A DNA stretch of 64,000 nt from Scyliorhinus canicula. Its lineage: Eukaryota. Below, one piece after another: positions 34,411-47,295 of this stretch. The DNA is taken from contig NC_052153.1 of the NCBI RefSeq assembly GCF_902713615.1, positions 191,317,394 through 191,381,393 of the forward strand. Direction: 5' to 3'. The position numbers and the translations under genes are program-made. How positions within the stretch are numbered: position 1 is the stretch's first letter; every line of letters begins with the position of its first letter. The notes beneath the pieces were generated by a model that worked only from the letters and a program-made list of their open reading frames with translations, was not told the origin of the DNA and did not search any database.

Positions 34411-34519
34411 TGAATGAGGTAATTATTCCTTCAATCTCTCTAAAGAATGGACTACTGGTGGTGCTCGTGAGCGGGTCAGCCACATCGAGAGCAGCTCCCC
34501 CCCCCCCCCCCCCCAATTT

Positions 34520-35515
34520 CTGTTGGTCTATGGGGTTGTCCCGGGCGCCAAGCCGGGCCGGTTTGGGAATCGGTGAGGAACACCGCGTGTGTGTCGGGCT
34601 GCCGGAGCTGAGGCGTTGGGTCCGGGGAACGCGGTATTTGAAGCGGCGGGGGCTGAGCCAAACTGAAGACGAGGCTGTAGAGGCAGCAAGTCCGAAGCCA
34701 GGGTGCAATGCCACGGGGATGTTGCACATCGGGTGACTTCCACTTAAAATGTGTCCTTCAGAAGGCTGAAGTCCGGTCGGGGGATGATGTTTTTTTTTTA
34801 ATTCTTTATTTCTTTATTCTTTATTTTTCTGAATTTTTGTTTTTCAATTTTTTTTTTTGAAATTTTTTTTTAATGATCAAAGAAATAAAAATAATAAAGT
34901 CGTTAAAGGATGCGAAACGCAGCTGCGAAGAAGGGAGGATACACGGATTTTCCGTCGAATGAGAGGACCAGCAAAAAGCGCTGACAAGACGGCGGATGGC
35001 GGACCGCGTGGCGGGGCCGCACTGCTTACGCTGGAAAGGATGACCGAGGTGAAGGCTGCGGAGCTGGAGAAGCAGTTTGCGAGGCACCACGGAGGCGTTG
35101 AGGAAAGAGATGGCGGTCGCACTGAGATCATTGGTGGAGGAGGCAATCGCCCCGTTGAGGTTGGCTGTGGCAAAGACATCGGCCGAGGTGAGAGAGCAGG
35201 GCGAGAAGATGAAGGAAGTGGAGGAGGCCGTATCGCAGCACAGCCACCAGGTCACCTCGATGGGGGACCAGCTGCGGAGGGTGGTGGAGGCCAACAAAGG
35301 ACTCCGAGAAAAGCTCGAGGACTTGGAGAACCGCTCGAGGCGGCACAGTCTGAGAATTGTTGGCTTGCCCAAAGGGGCTGTGGGCCCGAGGCCAACAGAG
35401 TACTTCGCGAAGATGCTGAGGGTGAGAACACCTCCCGGTATGAACTGGACCGAGCTCATCGGTCGTTAAGGCCGAAACCCAAAGTAAACGAGCCACCAAG
35501 AGCAGTAATTATCTA
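34520..35515 (+). mobile_element. L1 5' region and partial ORF1
   Basis: EKLEDLENRSRRHSLRIVGLP..ELDRAHRSL..PRAVI; the upstream GC-rich segment is the presumed 5' UTR. Confidence 0.7.
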
Positions 35516-35592
35516 CTTTGTAAATGAAAATGGGAAAGATGCAGTTTGGAACAAAATACACAGAATAAAAGAAGCATATAAAAATATAAAAG

Positions 35593-35940
35593 GGCAGCAC
35601 GGTAGCATTGTGGGTAGCACAATTGCTTCACAGCTCCAGGGTCCCAGGTTTGATTCCAGCTTGGGCCACTGTCTGTGCGGAGTCTGCACGTCCTCCCCGT
35701 GTCTGCGTGGGTTTCCTCCGGGTGCTCCGGTTTCCTCCCACAGTCCAAAGATGTGCAGGTTAGGTGGATTGGCCGTGATAAATTGCCCTTAGTGTCCAAA
35801 ATTGCCCTTAGTGTTGGGTGGGGTTACTGAGTTATGGGTATAGGGTGGAGGTGTTGACCTTGGGTAGGGTGCTCTTTCCAAGAACCGGTGCAGACTCGAT
35901 GGGCCGAATGGCCTCCTTCTGCACTGCAAATTCTATGATA
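35593..35940 (+). mobile_element. HE1-type V-SINE
   Basis: Near-identical to 5622-5975. Confidence 0.85.
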
Positions 35941-36094
35941 TCAATGAAGAAACATATAGAAAATAGGTAAAGTAACATACAAGTGGGAATGGCGAACAGG
36001 CGGTGGAATGTGGCGACTAGGGGCTTTTCACAGTAACTTCATTTGAAGTCTCCTTGTGACAATAAGCGATTTTCATGTCATTTTCATGTCAAGA

Positions 36095-37400
36095 AGTTTT
36101 TAAAAGCTTGAGGCTAGCAAGCACAGAAGAGGTCAAAAGTTTGAGAAAAAACAACAGGCATGAGTTAGGATGGTTAAGAAAACCATGAATGTTTGAGATA
36201 GACCGGATATAGCTTTATTTTAGCAACAGTAACGCCTTCTGAAAGAAAGAGCAGTGGTGAGGAAAAAGGGAACTGGTGGTTAAGGAAACCTGGCAAGTTT
36301 GAGCAAAGTGCGACAACATTCGTTTATGAAGCTTAGCAGTCGTTAAAATCCTCTGAACAAATTGGGTTTTGCAAATGTGGCCGTCTTGGACAACCCAGCA
36401 CGTACAGGAACGGATGTGTTAGAAAGCTGCTCGTATTTTAAGTACAAAGAACATAGAGTGCAGAAGGAGGCCATTCGGCCCATCAAGTCTGCACCGACCC
36501 ACTTCAACCCTCACTTCCACCCTATCCCTGTAACCCAATAACCCCTCCTAAACTTTTTGGACACTAAGGGCAATTTATCACGGCCAATCCACATAACCTG
36601 CATATCTTTGGACTGTGGGAGGAAACCGGAGCACCCGGAGGAAACCCACGCAGACACGGGGAGAACGTGCAGACTCCACACAGACAGTGACCCAAGCCAG
36701 GACTTGAACCTGGGACCCTGGCGCTGTGAAGCCACAGTGCTACCCACTTGTGCTACCGTGCTGCCCAAATAGTAGACAGGAAATAGCTGTAGATTAGTTT
36801 ACGAAGCTTAACAGTCATAAAATCCTTGAACAAAAGGGAACTAATTGGGTTTTGCAAATGTGGCAGTCTTGGACAGGACGTGTATTTTTTAGGAAAGAGG
36901 AGACGAGTGGTTTTAAAATGTTTATCAGTCTTGAGCCAAGCGCAAGACCACAAGGTTTTTGAAATGTGACATATCTATAAGGGAAATTCTGAGACAATGC
37001 TTTGTGATTGAAATGTGCTGGAGAGCCAGGGTATAAAAAGTCTCGGATCGCCAGCAGGAAACCACCCCCGAACTCAGAGAACTCGGAGCACTGACACCCT
37101 GAGAGCATTCGGTTCGAATTCAACTCAGCTGATCGGTCTGTGGGAAACAGAAGAAGCTGGAAAACCGAAGAATAAGAACAGCCACCAGCTATCAGGACAG
37201 AAGAAGAATTGTTAAAGAGAGCTCTTGAAGTCTGATCAACGAAAAGAGACCTTTAAATACAAAGTAATTTGTTAAGAGTTTGTGAAAGCAAATAAAAACA
37301 AGTTTTATGTTAACTCCAAAACCTGAAACAGTGGTTTATTTTAAATCGGAACCTGAAATAACGGTTCACCCAAAAGACTCACTCAACAAATTCAACATTC
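36095..37400 (+). mobile_element. Possible long solo LTR, interrupted by a SINE
   Basis: Internal imperfect direct repeat (~36324-36393 vs ~36798-36875), GGGTATAAAAAG at ~37030, AATAAA at ~37290, ends ..CAACA; 5' end and TSD not identified. Confidence 0.35.
36450..36766 (-). mobile_element. HE1-type V-SINE
   Basis: Reverse complement of the SINE consensus seen elsewhere in the window. Confidence 0.85.
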
Positions 37401-37600
37401 AACTCGACATTCTCAACAAATCCAGGATATTGAATGGCAAATGAGTTAAAACACTTCCTTGTAGATTTGGGATCCAATAATAGCTTGAAATATAGTTTGA
37501 AATAGATTAGTTCCCATCTGGTATCAGCAAGGGATAGACGACCTTAGAGTAGCCAACTAGTTAAGAAGTTATAGGATATAGTAATTCAGAAAGAGTTAAT

Positions 37601-38161
37601 GGGCAGGAGTCTCCCCAATCTGCGCGATGGCCCGAAGCTGGCGTAACAAATGGCGCCAACCAGTCCGGTGTTGGGCCGACTAGAAGTTGCGGAATGCTCC
37701 GTATTTCCGGGGGCTAGGATGGCGCCGGAGGAGTTGGTGCCGCGCCGGCCAGCGCCAGCCAGCGCCGAAGGGCCGGCACAAGTTAGCGCATGCACAGAAC
37801 CGCCGACGTGGTTCCGCGCATGCGCAGACCGGCTGGTGTGGTTCCGCGCATGCGCAGACCGGCTGGCGTATTCTAACGCATATGCAGGGGGGGTGTCTTC
37901 TCCGTGCCAGCCATGGCGGAGCCCTACAGGGGCCGGCGCAGACTGAAGGAGTGTCCCCACGGCACAGGCCCACCCGCAGATCGGTGGGCCCCGATCGCGG
38001 GCCAGGCCACCGTGGGGGCCCCCCGGGCCGGATGCCCCCCCATGCCCTCCCCCGATCTGGCTGGTGCGGTCCTCGGGGGAGGGCGCGGGGGGGGGGGCAT
38101 CCGGCCCGGGGAGCCCCCACGGTGGCCTGACCCAGCGGGGGGGGGTCGGAAAATCCCACCC
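37601..38161. mobile_element. GC-rich MITE-like element with GCGCATGCGC repeats
   Basis: Imperfect TIRs GGGCAGGAGTCTCC / GGGTGGGATTTTCC; internal 30-bp duplication. Confidence 0.55.
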
Positions 38162-38775
38162 ATTATCTTTACTCTTGCCAACCCCACCGTCAAGTCCTGA
38201 TATATCTGAACTCGAGCACCATCGCACTGCACCTCGCGCTTCTGTTTCGCCCAGCTTAACACCTCCTCCTGCATGTGGTATTTATGGACGTTGTATTCTT
38301 GTGCTCAACTCTCGTTAAGAATACAGCGAAATCGATGCCTGCCCAAAAGGTTGTGGTAACACCCCCTTCCCTATCGCCTCCTCAAACATCCCCACCATCA
38401 GCGGTACCAGCTTATCCTTGAATTTTTTATAATATTTCACCGGAAACCCATCCGGCCCTGCCACCTTCCCCGACTGCATCCTCCCAATCGCATCCTTTAT
38501 CTCCTGCTCCACTATCGCCCCCTCTACTGTAGTCCTGTCCCCCTCCCCTAACCTCGGGTACTCCAGCCCATTTAGAAATTCCTGCATCTCCCGGCCTCCT
38601 CCAGGTGGCTCTGACCTGTACAACCTCTCATAGAATTCCTTAAAGACCTTGTCCATCTGATCCGGAGCCACCACCAACTTCCCTGCCCTGTCCCGTACCT
38701 GGACAATTTCCCTTGCCGCAGCCTCCCTCCGGAGCTGACACCGCCTTCTCTCCAGGCTCGTAAACAGCACCCCTA
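38162..38775 (-). mobile_element. L1 ORF1 and ORF2 fragments
   Basis: EVLSWAKQKREVQCDGARVQIYQDL; SGKVAGPDGFPVKYYKKF. Confidence 0.8.
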
Positions 38776-38927
38776 GTCCGCCTCAATTGGCGTACCGACT
38801 TAAAACCACCTTCGTCTGCACAATTAGGGATGGCCAATCAATTTTAGCCTTGCCAGCGACTCACAACCCTGTCAATGAATTCAAAATAAATGTAAAGATT
38901 GAACAGTTATTATTGGAAAGCACCTAC

Positions 38928-38994
38928 TATAACCCAGCAGCGGGGTCGACAGCAGGACTGTGGAGAGCCCAATGTAGACAGTAGTCATTGCCAT
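38928..38994 (-). CDS. Gene A exon 1: signal-peptide (leader) exon MAMTTVYIGLSTVLLSTPLLGY
   Basis: 67-bp ATG exon with a hydrophobic core, ending A|GTAGGT (phase 1, compatible with the V exon). It is an inverted homolog of 60032-60098 with the same length and donor. Splicing to 7975 is inferred. Confidence 0.7.
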
Positions 38995-39718
38995 TCCTCC
39001 AGTGTTTTTCATCTCTCTCACTCGCTGCTCCTTCTCACTTGGCACTGAAATGCAGAAGTTACTCGAAGTGAACTTCTGGTGAAATTCTCAAGATATTAAT
39101 CACTGTTGCTCAATTTAGCAGCGAATGTGATGTCCGCTTGCGGTGAGCAGGAGCTGAGATGTTTATTTAAAACTCGGAAATTTGGCACAAACCCCAGCAT
39201 TTGTAGAGAAGGAGAGATTCTGCATCGGCTTTCAATCTCGTCCTCAGACTGTCCATCACGTTCCATAGCGATCAAATTGATTAGTGGGGAGGAAGGGTGT
39301 TGGGACGATGGTGCACAAGTAACCCACTCCTATGTATCGTGCGGCACACCAGAGGTAAAATACGCGCTGTCTGCTGATTTCCCCATTGCCGTCTGCAGCC
39401 AGTCGTACACAAGCTGCGAACATCGGAAGGGGGGTGTGGCCATCTAAAATGGCCGCTCGCATAGATCGCTGGGAAATTTGGCCAAGCCCGAGTACAGACA
39501 GGCTGCCGCCTGCAAATAAACAAAAGCTGCAGCGCAGACGTATGCAGAAACTAACACAGGAGAAAAGCCATTAAAAGGCCAACCCGGGACAATGGATTCC
39601 AGGTAGAAACTGACAATAAGCGGCAGACTCAGCGGCGCCTGCTTTCCTTATTTGGGAAGGCCTACGTGCTTCGGACACAAGAGACTATGGCCGACCGGGA
39701 CCCGTCCGGCCATCAAGG
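38995..39718 (-). promoter_or_regulatory. Putative upstream/promoter region of gene A (left half of a split bidirectional region)
   Basis: About 80 bp upstream of the ATG is homologous to the gene B upstream sequence (TTCTGCATTTCAGTG..GGAGCAGCGAGTGAGAGAG). CpG-containing stretch with GGGTGTGGC (KLF/Sp-like) and AAAATGGCCGC (YY1-like) near 39430-39456. Motif matches alone are weak evidence. Confidence 0.35.
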
Positions 39719-39943
39719 TGTGGTAGTCACCACTATATGTATATATGACATATATGAGAAGTAATACGGTAAGGCTCCGCCCAGTAGGCGGAGTATAAAT
39801 GTGTGTGCACACCGAGCTGCAACCATTTCGGCAGCAGCTGCAGGAGGGAACACATCTCTGTGTAATAAACCCTCGATTACTCTCTACTCTCGTCTCGTCG
39901 TAATTGATAGTGCATCAATTTGTTAAGCAGAGATTTTACAGCG

Positions 39944-42558
39944 ATGGACCTCCGTATCAAGCCTGATCGCCTGCAGCTGCACCCTCAAGCAGACAACACC
40001 ATGTCGACCTTCGACCACTGGCTAGCTTGCTTTGAAGCCTACATCGGATCAGCGACAGAACCACCCTCAGAAGCACAGAAACTCCAGACCCTGTACTCAC
40101 GGGTGAGCTCCAATATTTTTCCCCTTATCCGGGACACGCCCACCTACAATGAGGCCATGGCGCTTCTGAAAGAGAGCTACATCCGGCCGATCAACAAACT
40201 CTACGCCAGGCACCTCCTGTCCACGTGGCAACAACTCCCCGGTGAGTCATCGGAAGGTTTCTGGCGCGCCCTGCACGCCCTGGCGAGGGACTGCGAATGC
40301 CAGGCAGTTTCGGCCGTTGAACATTCCGAACTCCTAATCAGGGACACTTTCATTACGGGCATAGGGTCAGCGTACATCCGCCAGCGCCTCTTCGAAGGGA
40401 GTACGCTCGACCTCGTGGCGATCAAGAAACTCGAGACCTCACTAATGGTAGCCTCTCATAATGTACAAGCGTACGCCCCCGACCGCACAGCGCCCCCCCT
40501 CCTGGACTTCGTGGACTCCACCAGCGACTGCCCCCCAGCCAACGCCAGGGAGCCCAGGTGCTATTTCTGTGGGCAGACAAAGCACCCAGGGCAACGCAGC
40601 CCAGCGCGGAGCGCAATCTGCAAGGCCTGCGGGAAGAAAGGACATTTCTCTGCCGTGTGCCAGGCCGGATCGATCGCCGCTGTATCCAGGCCCATTGTTC
40701 CTGCACCTCCCACGTGCGACCCGTGGGCGCCGCCATTTTCGTCCCCGCAGCCCACGTGCGGCCCGTGGGCGCCGCCATCTTCCTTGCATCAGAACACGTG
40801 CGGCCCATGGGCACCGCCACCTTCCCCCCATCAGACCTTTTGTGGCCTGTGGGCGCTGCCATCTTTAGCGGCACCCGCCACGTGCGCCCCGTGGGCGCAG
40901 CCACCTTCGGCACCATTTTGGACGGCGCGTCAGGACCCCTGCTCATCGGGCACTTCATCAGGCCGCTCATCGCCCGCAACCGCTGCCGACCAGCCCGGGG
41001 CCCGTCAACACCAGCCGCAGCTCGCCTCCATCACGCTCGACCAGTCCCGGCCACACAACCTCGCAACAGCGACAACAACGGTGAAGGTCGATGGCCAGAA
41101 GACACCTTGCCTTCTCGACTCCGGGAGCACGGAGAGCTTCATCCACCCGATACGGTAAGGAGCTGCTCCCTCGTGTTACACCCCATTACCCAACGAGTCC
41201 GGGGGTACTGCATCGCCACCCCCACTGTCCAGGGCATAGAGTTCAGCAACTTCCGGCTCTACGTCCTCCCCAACCTCTGCGCTGCCTTGCTACTCGGCCT
41301 GTACTTCCAGTGCAACCTCCAAAGTCTAACTCTGAAATTCAGCGGGCCCCTTCCACCCCTCACCGTATGCGTCATTGACTACAGTCAGACCATCAATTGG
41401 TACACGCAGCTCGACGCGCACCCCCTCCCATGCATATCTGATATGGTCAATCAGATTGCACAGTACCGGATCTTCTCTACAGTGGACCTGAAATCTGCCT
41501 ACCACCAGTTCCCCATCTGCAAGGCGGACCACCCGTACACTGCGTTCGAAGCAGACGGCCGTCTTTACCACTTCCTTAGGGTTCCCTTCAGCGTCGCTAA
41601 TGGGGTCTCGGTCTTCCAACAAGAAATGGACCGAATGGTTGACTGGTATGGGCTGCGGGCCACCTTCCCGTACCTCGATAGTGTCACCATCTACGGCCAC
41701 AACCAGCAGGACCACGACGCTAACCTTTTCAAATTTCTCCACACCGCCAAACTCCTGAACCTAATCTATAAGAAGGAGAAGTGCGTGTTCAGCACCAACC
41801 GCTTAGCCATCCTCGGCTATGTGGTGCAAAATGGAGTTCTAGGGCCCGACCCCGACTGCATACGCCCGCTCATGGAACTCCCCCTCCCCCACTGCCCCAA
41901 GGACTTCAAACGATGCCTGGGGTTCTTCTCATACTATGCCCAGTGGGTCCCTAACTATGCGGACAAGGCCCGCCCACTCATTCACTCCACAGTTTTCCCC
42001 CTGACGGCTGAGGCTCACCAGGCCTTCAACCGTATCAAGGCCGACATCGCCAAGGCCGCGATGCACGCGGTCGACGAGACCCTCCCCTTTCAAGTTGAGA
42101 GCGATGCATCAGACGTCGCTCTGGCCGCCACCCTCAACCAGGCAGGCAGACCCGTGGCATTCTTTTCCCGCACCCTCCATGCCTCCGAAATTCAGCACTC
42201 CTCCATCGAAAATGAGGCCCAAGCCATCGTTGAAGCTGTGCGGCATTGGAGGCATTACCTGGCCGGCAGGAGATTCACTCTCCTCACTGACCAACGGTTG
42301 GTTGCCTTCATGTTCAATAACACACAGCGGGGCAAGATCAAAAATGATAAAAATCTTGAGGTGGAGGATCGAGCTCTCCACCTACAATTACGAGATTTTG
42401 TATCGCCCCGGTAAGCTCAACGCGCCTCCCGATGTCCAATCCCGAGGTACATGTGCCAGCGCACAAAGGACCGACTCCGGGCTCTACACGATGGTCTCTG
42501 TCACCCAGGGATCACCCGGTTCTTTCACTTCATAAAGGCCCGCAACCTACCCTACTCC
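39944..42558 (+). pseudogene. Gypsy gag-pol, 5' part (gag, PR, RT with N-terminal deletion, RH, start of IN)
   Basis: ORFs 39920-41158 and 40558-42414; integrase HH motif LHDGLCHPG, cut at 42558. Confidence 0.88.
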
Positions 42559-43006
42559 GGATTTTCGGCGGGAGCAGGGGCCTGTCGGGAAGGTGAGTGT
42601 GTGCCTTTAAATTTGCTTGCCTTTCAGCGGGAGTGGCCTCTGGATTTTCGGCGGGAGCAGGGTGTTAACATGCACTAGATGCTGTGGTCTGAAGAGGCAA
42701 GAGTTCAGCTCCTTTTTCACCGACACACCTTTAATGGTTCAAACTCACTCTGCACAGAGCTCTACAGATCATCACAAGCTCCAGAGTCCACCTGAAGCCC
42801 CTTTACATATCAGTGTCAATCATTGAACACTTAACATAAATGAGACAATCATTGAACACTTAACATAAATGAGACAACTAATTGCAATGTCTCTTAACCC
42901 ATTACTTAACAGTCTCCCCTTCCTTGGGAAAAAAAAACAATTAGGTAAAAACAACATTTCAAGAAACTAACATTTCAAGAAACTAAAAGAAGAAGAAAAA
43001 AAACAT

Positions 43007-46000
43007 TCACAGAAACAGGCGCCCTTCATTCACGATATCTAATAGTTTCTGTGAACTAGCCCCTCTTTTCGTGAAACAGTCTGACAGTTGATAGCTACTG
43101 TCAACCCATTTAATTTTTGTTATTTCTCCTCTGTCCAACATCTGCTTTAAATTTGCGATGTCTATCCGTAACCTCTTTTCATTGACACTTTTTGTAGATT
43201 GCACATTTTCCCACAGAGATTTATTGTCAATGTGACAGTCAATAGGTATATTACCTAAATCCTCTAATCCCAAAATTTCTGTCAATATCTGACCTATATA
43301 AAAGGCCATATCCACCGCTTCCACTAAGCTTAATGTCTCAGCAGCCAAAGTGCTTTTTTAAAAATAAATTTAGAGTACCCAATTATTTTTCCAATTAAGG
43401 GGCAATTTAGCATGGCCAATCCACCTACTCTGCACATTTTTTGGGTTGTGGGGGCGAAACCCACGCAGACACGGGGAGAATGTGAAAACTCCACACGGAC
43501 AGTGACCCAGAGCCGGGATTGAACCTGGGACCTCAGCGCCGTGAGGCAGCTGTGCTAACCACTAGGCCACCGTGCTGCCCTGCCAAAGTGTTTTTGACCA
43601 CTCTCCTTATTTTCTTTGTTTCCCACACAAGAGGGCAACATTTACCATTGTTCCCCAAAAGGAAAATTATAAAACCTGCTGCGCTTGAAACTCCATCACA
43701 TAAATTTGCATAGGACACATCACTATAAACTATGAGTTTCAAATGCCTAGGATCACCTAAAACAGGGAACTTCAAAACACACTCCTGCATTTTTAGTTTG
43801 GCCAACACTTTATTTGCTCTTATTATATCTTCCACTTTGGGATCATTCATCTTTGTACTCAACTCTAAAACATCAAAACTCACGTCCGGTCTAGTCTGTC
43901 TTCCTAACCAGTTCAGTTGCCCAATTAAACTTCTCAGTTGCTCTTTTTCTATCTTCGAAACCATTGCGTCTTTTTGTGAAACCCGGCGACGACTAATTGC
44001 TATTGGACTGATGCTTTCCAAGTAAGATTGCTGATGTAAAGTTGCCCCTAACTGAGTCTGTCCTATTTCCAAACCAATATATTTAAATGCACCGGAAGCC
44101 TGACTTCCAACCCTGAATTCTTTCCTCAAACCAGAGATTATAATAGCTTCAAAATCACTAGTCCCACCCCACAAAAAATCATCGACATGCATCATGAAGA
44201 TGCCAGCAAGATTTCCTTTATAGTGCCAGTAAAACATTGCAGGATCTGCTTTCAACTGGCAACAGCCTAACTTTAACAAGACTGACCTCACCGAAAAGTA
44301 CCACACTCTCGATGCATCATTTAATCCATATACACATTTGTTCAACTTCCAGAGTACCCCTTCTGTGTTAGCTGCTTCTTTAGGAGGACGGAGAAAAATG
44401 TCTCTCTGGAGCTGATGCCCCTGAAAAAAGGCAGCTTTTATATCTATAGATTTACATTCCCATGCCTTTGTGGCTAATAGAGCCAAGAAGATCTTTAAAA
44501 TAACCTTTCCTGCTGTAGGTGAATCTACCCTTAAGTCCTGATCGTCTAAGTTTTCTTCAAATCCCCTTGCCACAAGCCTGGCCTTTGCCTTATAAGTTCC
44601 ATCTGGAAGAACCTTTTCTGTACAAATCCATCTGTGGGATAGAGCTCTTTGTCCCCTATCCGTACTTCCGTGTATACCCCAAATTCACTCCAACTATGTA
44701 ATTCTTGCTGTTTAGCATCTTTGATAACTTTTTCATCTAATTTATTTGAAGCCACCAAAATCTCACGTGCATGTGGGCTTCTACTTCTATTAGTATTCGT
44801 AGTCTTACTCCTGTTCCGAGATCTTGATAAACTACGTCCCCTTTCCTGCCTGGTATCTCGTTCTGTACTGCTACTGCTTGATCTTTCTCTTCTATAGCGG
44901 GATGTCCTTTCAATAGTTCTTGACCTTTTCCTGCGAACCTGTTCACTATCCGATGTACTACCTGAATTATGTCTTACATAAGGCCGTACATTATGTCTTA
45001 AAGCTCTGCGAATTCTTTCAGAGACTTCTGCTTCCTAAAAAGCTTTTCTACTGCTATGTAACACGTTTAAATGTTCAGCAAAACCTGAGCTAATTGTAGT
45101 CCCTTCCCAAGCTGGAGGCTGGTCATCAAAAATGGAGGGAATTTTAGGATTTCTACCAAACACTAATTGATAAGGACTATAGCCCCCAACCATCTGCAAT
45201 GAATTATTTGCATGTACCGCCCATGCTAAAGCTGAATTTAGCGTGCAGTTTGGTCGATCTCCCAAAATTTTCCGAAGCATGTCATCGATAACAGCATGAT
45301 TTATTTTGCAGACACCATCACTAAACAGGCTTTCGGCAACCGTGTTCATAACTCTGATATTCACGTTTTCACACATATCCCTAAACTCATCATCAGCAAA
45401 TTCTCCCCCATTGTCCGTAAAGAATTTTGCTGGTGGACCCATTCCTGTCCCGATCCATTTTTCCACAATTTTGTCCAAAATTACTCTCTTTTCTTTACTT
45501 CGTACAATCGGTGATTGACTAAATCTGGTAGCTAAATCTACAAAATTCAAAATAAATATATTATTTGCTTTATCCCAGATCTTAAGGTCCATGGCCACAA
45601 TGTTATTAAAATCCCTGGCCCAAGGTAGGGTTACTATTGGTCGTGCTGGTGTCCTTCTGTACTTCCTGCAAACTTCACAGCGATCACTAACCTGTTCTAT
45701 CAGCTTAGAATAGTCATCATCCCTTACCCCTGCATCCTTTAATAAATTTTTCAGCCTCCGAGGAGACGGATGTGCAAATTGCCAATGCAGTTTTACTACA
45801 ATAAGCTTTTTACCAGCTAAAGTCGCATTATCAACTGTCATTAATACATCCTTAACCACTCTACTTGAAACATTATTTATCAATAATGGAATACAATAAT
45901 GTCCCGACTGTGTAAATTGTAAGTCCACCGTCTTTCCAAAAACTGTTGCCTTATCCTGTTCCATATCCAGCTTCATGTGTGCTTTCTTCATCGACGGTCT

Positions 46001-47199
46001 GCTCAGAAGCAAAGGTATCTCACTTGATACAACATCTGTGCTAATAAAATGATTCACTCCAGCAATATTGCAAGGGATCACCACTCTTTTCAGCGACTTC
46101 AGAGTATTAGCATCCCCAAACCTGAACTTTTAAATTCCTTAACCTTGTTACGATTTTCAGCATCCAATGAGTCCAGATAACATTTTAACCAGTCAATCCC
46201 ACACACAGTAAATGTGCAGCCACTGTCCAATACAACACAGTTAAAGGATTCTGCAACCAACACCCTCATTACCGACGTAAAACAGCTTGTTAATAGGACA
46301 ATGCCTTCTTTCTGGTCACTATCTTTTTCCTCTTCTGACTCTTCCGTGTCATGTGTCGCTTCAAATACTCGATCATAATGAGTTGGACAGCTGAAAGCAT
46401 AATGGTATTGAGAGTCACATCGAAAACATCGATTTATCATGCCCCGTGCATTTCTGGGGTTCATCTTCCTATTGTAGGTTCTAACTGGGTTTCTGTCTTC
46501 ATAATTTCCTTGTCTCGGTCTTCTTTTATAGTCTTGAGGCCTGTTCGTAGCCATACGATTTTGCCATCCTGTTAGTAGTGTATCTTCCATATTCTGCCTT
46601 ATAGCAGGCTCACCTATTTGGGTCATCAGAGCCATTGGAATCGAATGTTTCCCCAAAAATCTTTTTAAAGCTGTTGTCATCTGTTCGAATAAGGTATCGT
46701 TATCCGTAAACTGAACTCCTGTCAAAACCAGGAGCCTATCCATGTTGCTCACTCTAGCACAGTCAAGTAATTTAATGGCCATCACAGATTGTGGCAATTC
46801 CAGCCTGTGTTTCTGCAGCTTTTTATATAGTCTGCCAAATTCCATTATATACTCTTCCATAGATACAGCCTCCATTTTCAGGAACTTATCAAAATCCGAC
46901 CATGCTTCATACGCACTTAACAAGTCATCTTTCTTATAAATCTTGTCCATATAAAGTAATAAAGTCGCCAGACCTTCTTCTGAGTCTAACTCTTCCAACT
47001 CCACCTCAGAAAGCACTTTGTTTCGGATTTTACTGCCATATGGTAAAGAAAGAGCCAATGCCATACCTTGTTTTCTCTTTCCTAAAGCAGTCACCTTAGT
47101 CCACATAACTACTGCACTTCTCCATTGGTCGTATGATTCCCTTTCAGAAAATAGGGGAGGATAATCATAACCAGGCATCTTTGTCCTGGGTTCAGCCAT
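43007..47199 (-). pseudogene. Copia gag-pol (gag with CCHC, PR LDSG, IN, RT, RNase H), disrupted
   Basis: ORFs 46099-47199, 45035-46084, 43533-44573 and 43007-43348; the integrase catalytic Glu position reads Lys (VCKINH); stop and frameshifts. Confidence 0.88.
43353..43581 (-). mobile_element. Short HE1-related SINE inserted in the Copia RNase H
   Basis: TSD core GCCAAAGTG (43344-43352 / 43582-43590); same family as 6099-6322. Confidence 0.85.
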
Positions 47200-47295
47200 G
47201 TTTCCCTTTTTGTTTCACTCCTAGGTTTGATCTGGAAAAATTGTATCTTTCAAGCCTTCACATTTACACATCAACCATTCTCTGCTACCATTGTT

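Noticed and set aside
40558-42414. 618-aa ORF as an intact pol
   Set aside because: Its N-terminal third is an off-frame reading of gag, the RT N-terminus is deleted and the integrase is interrupted.
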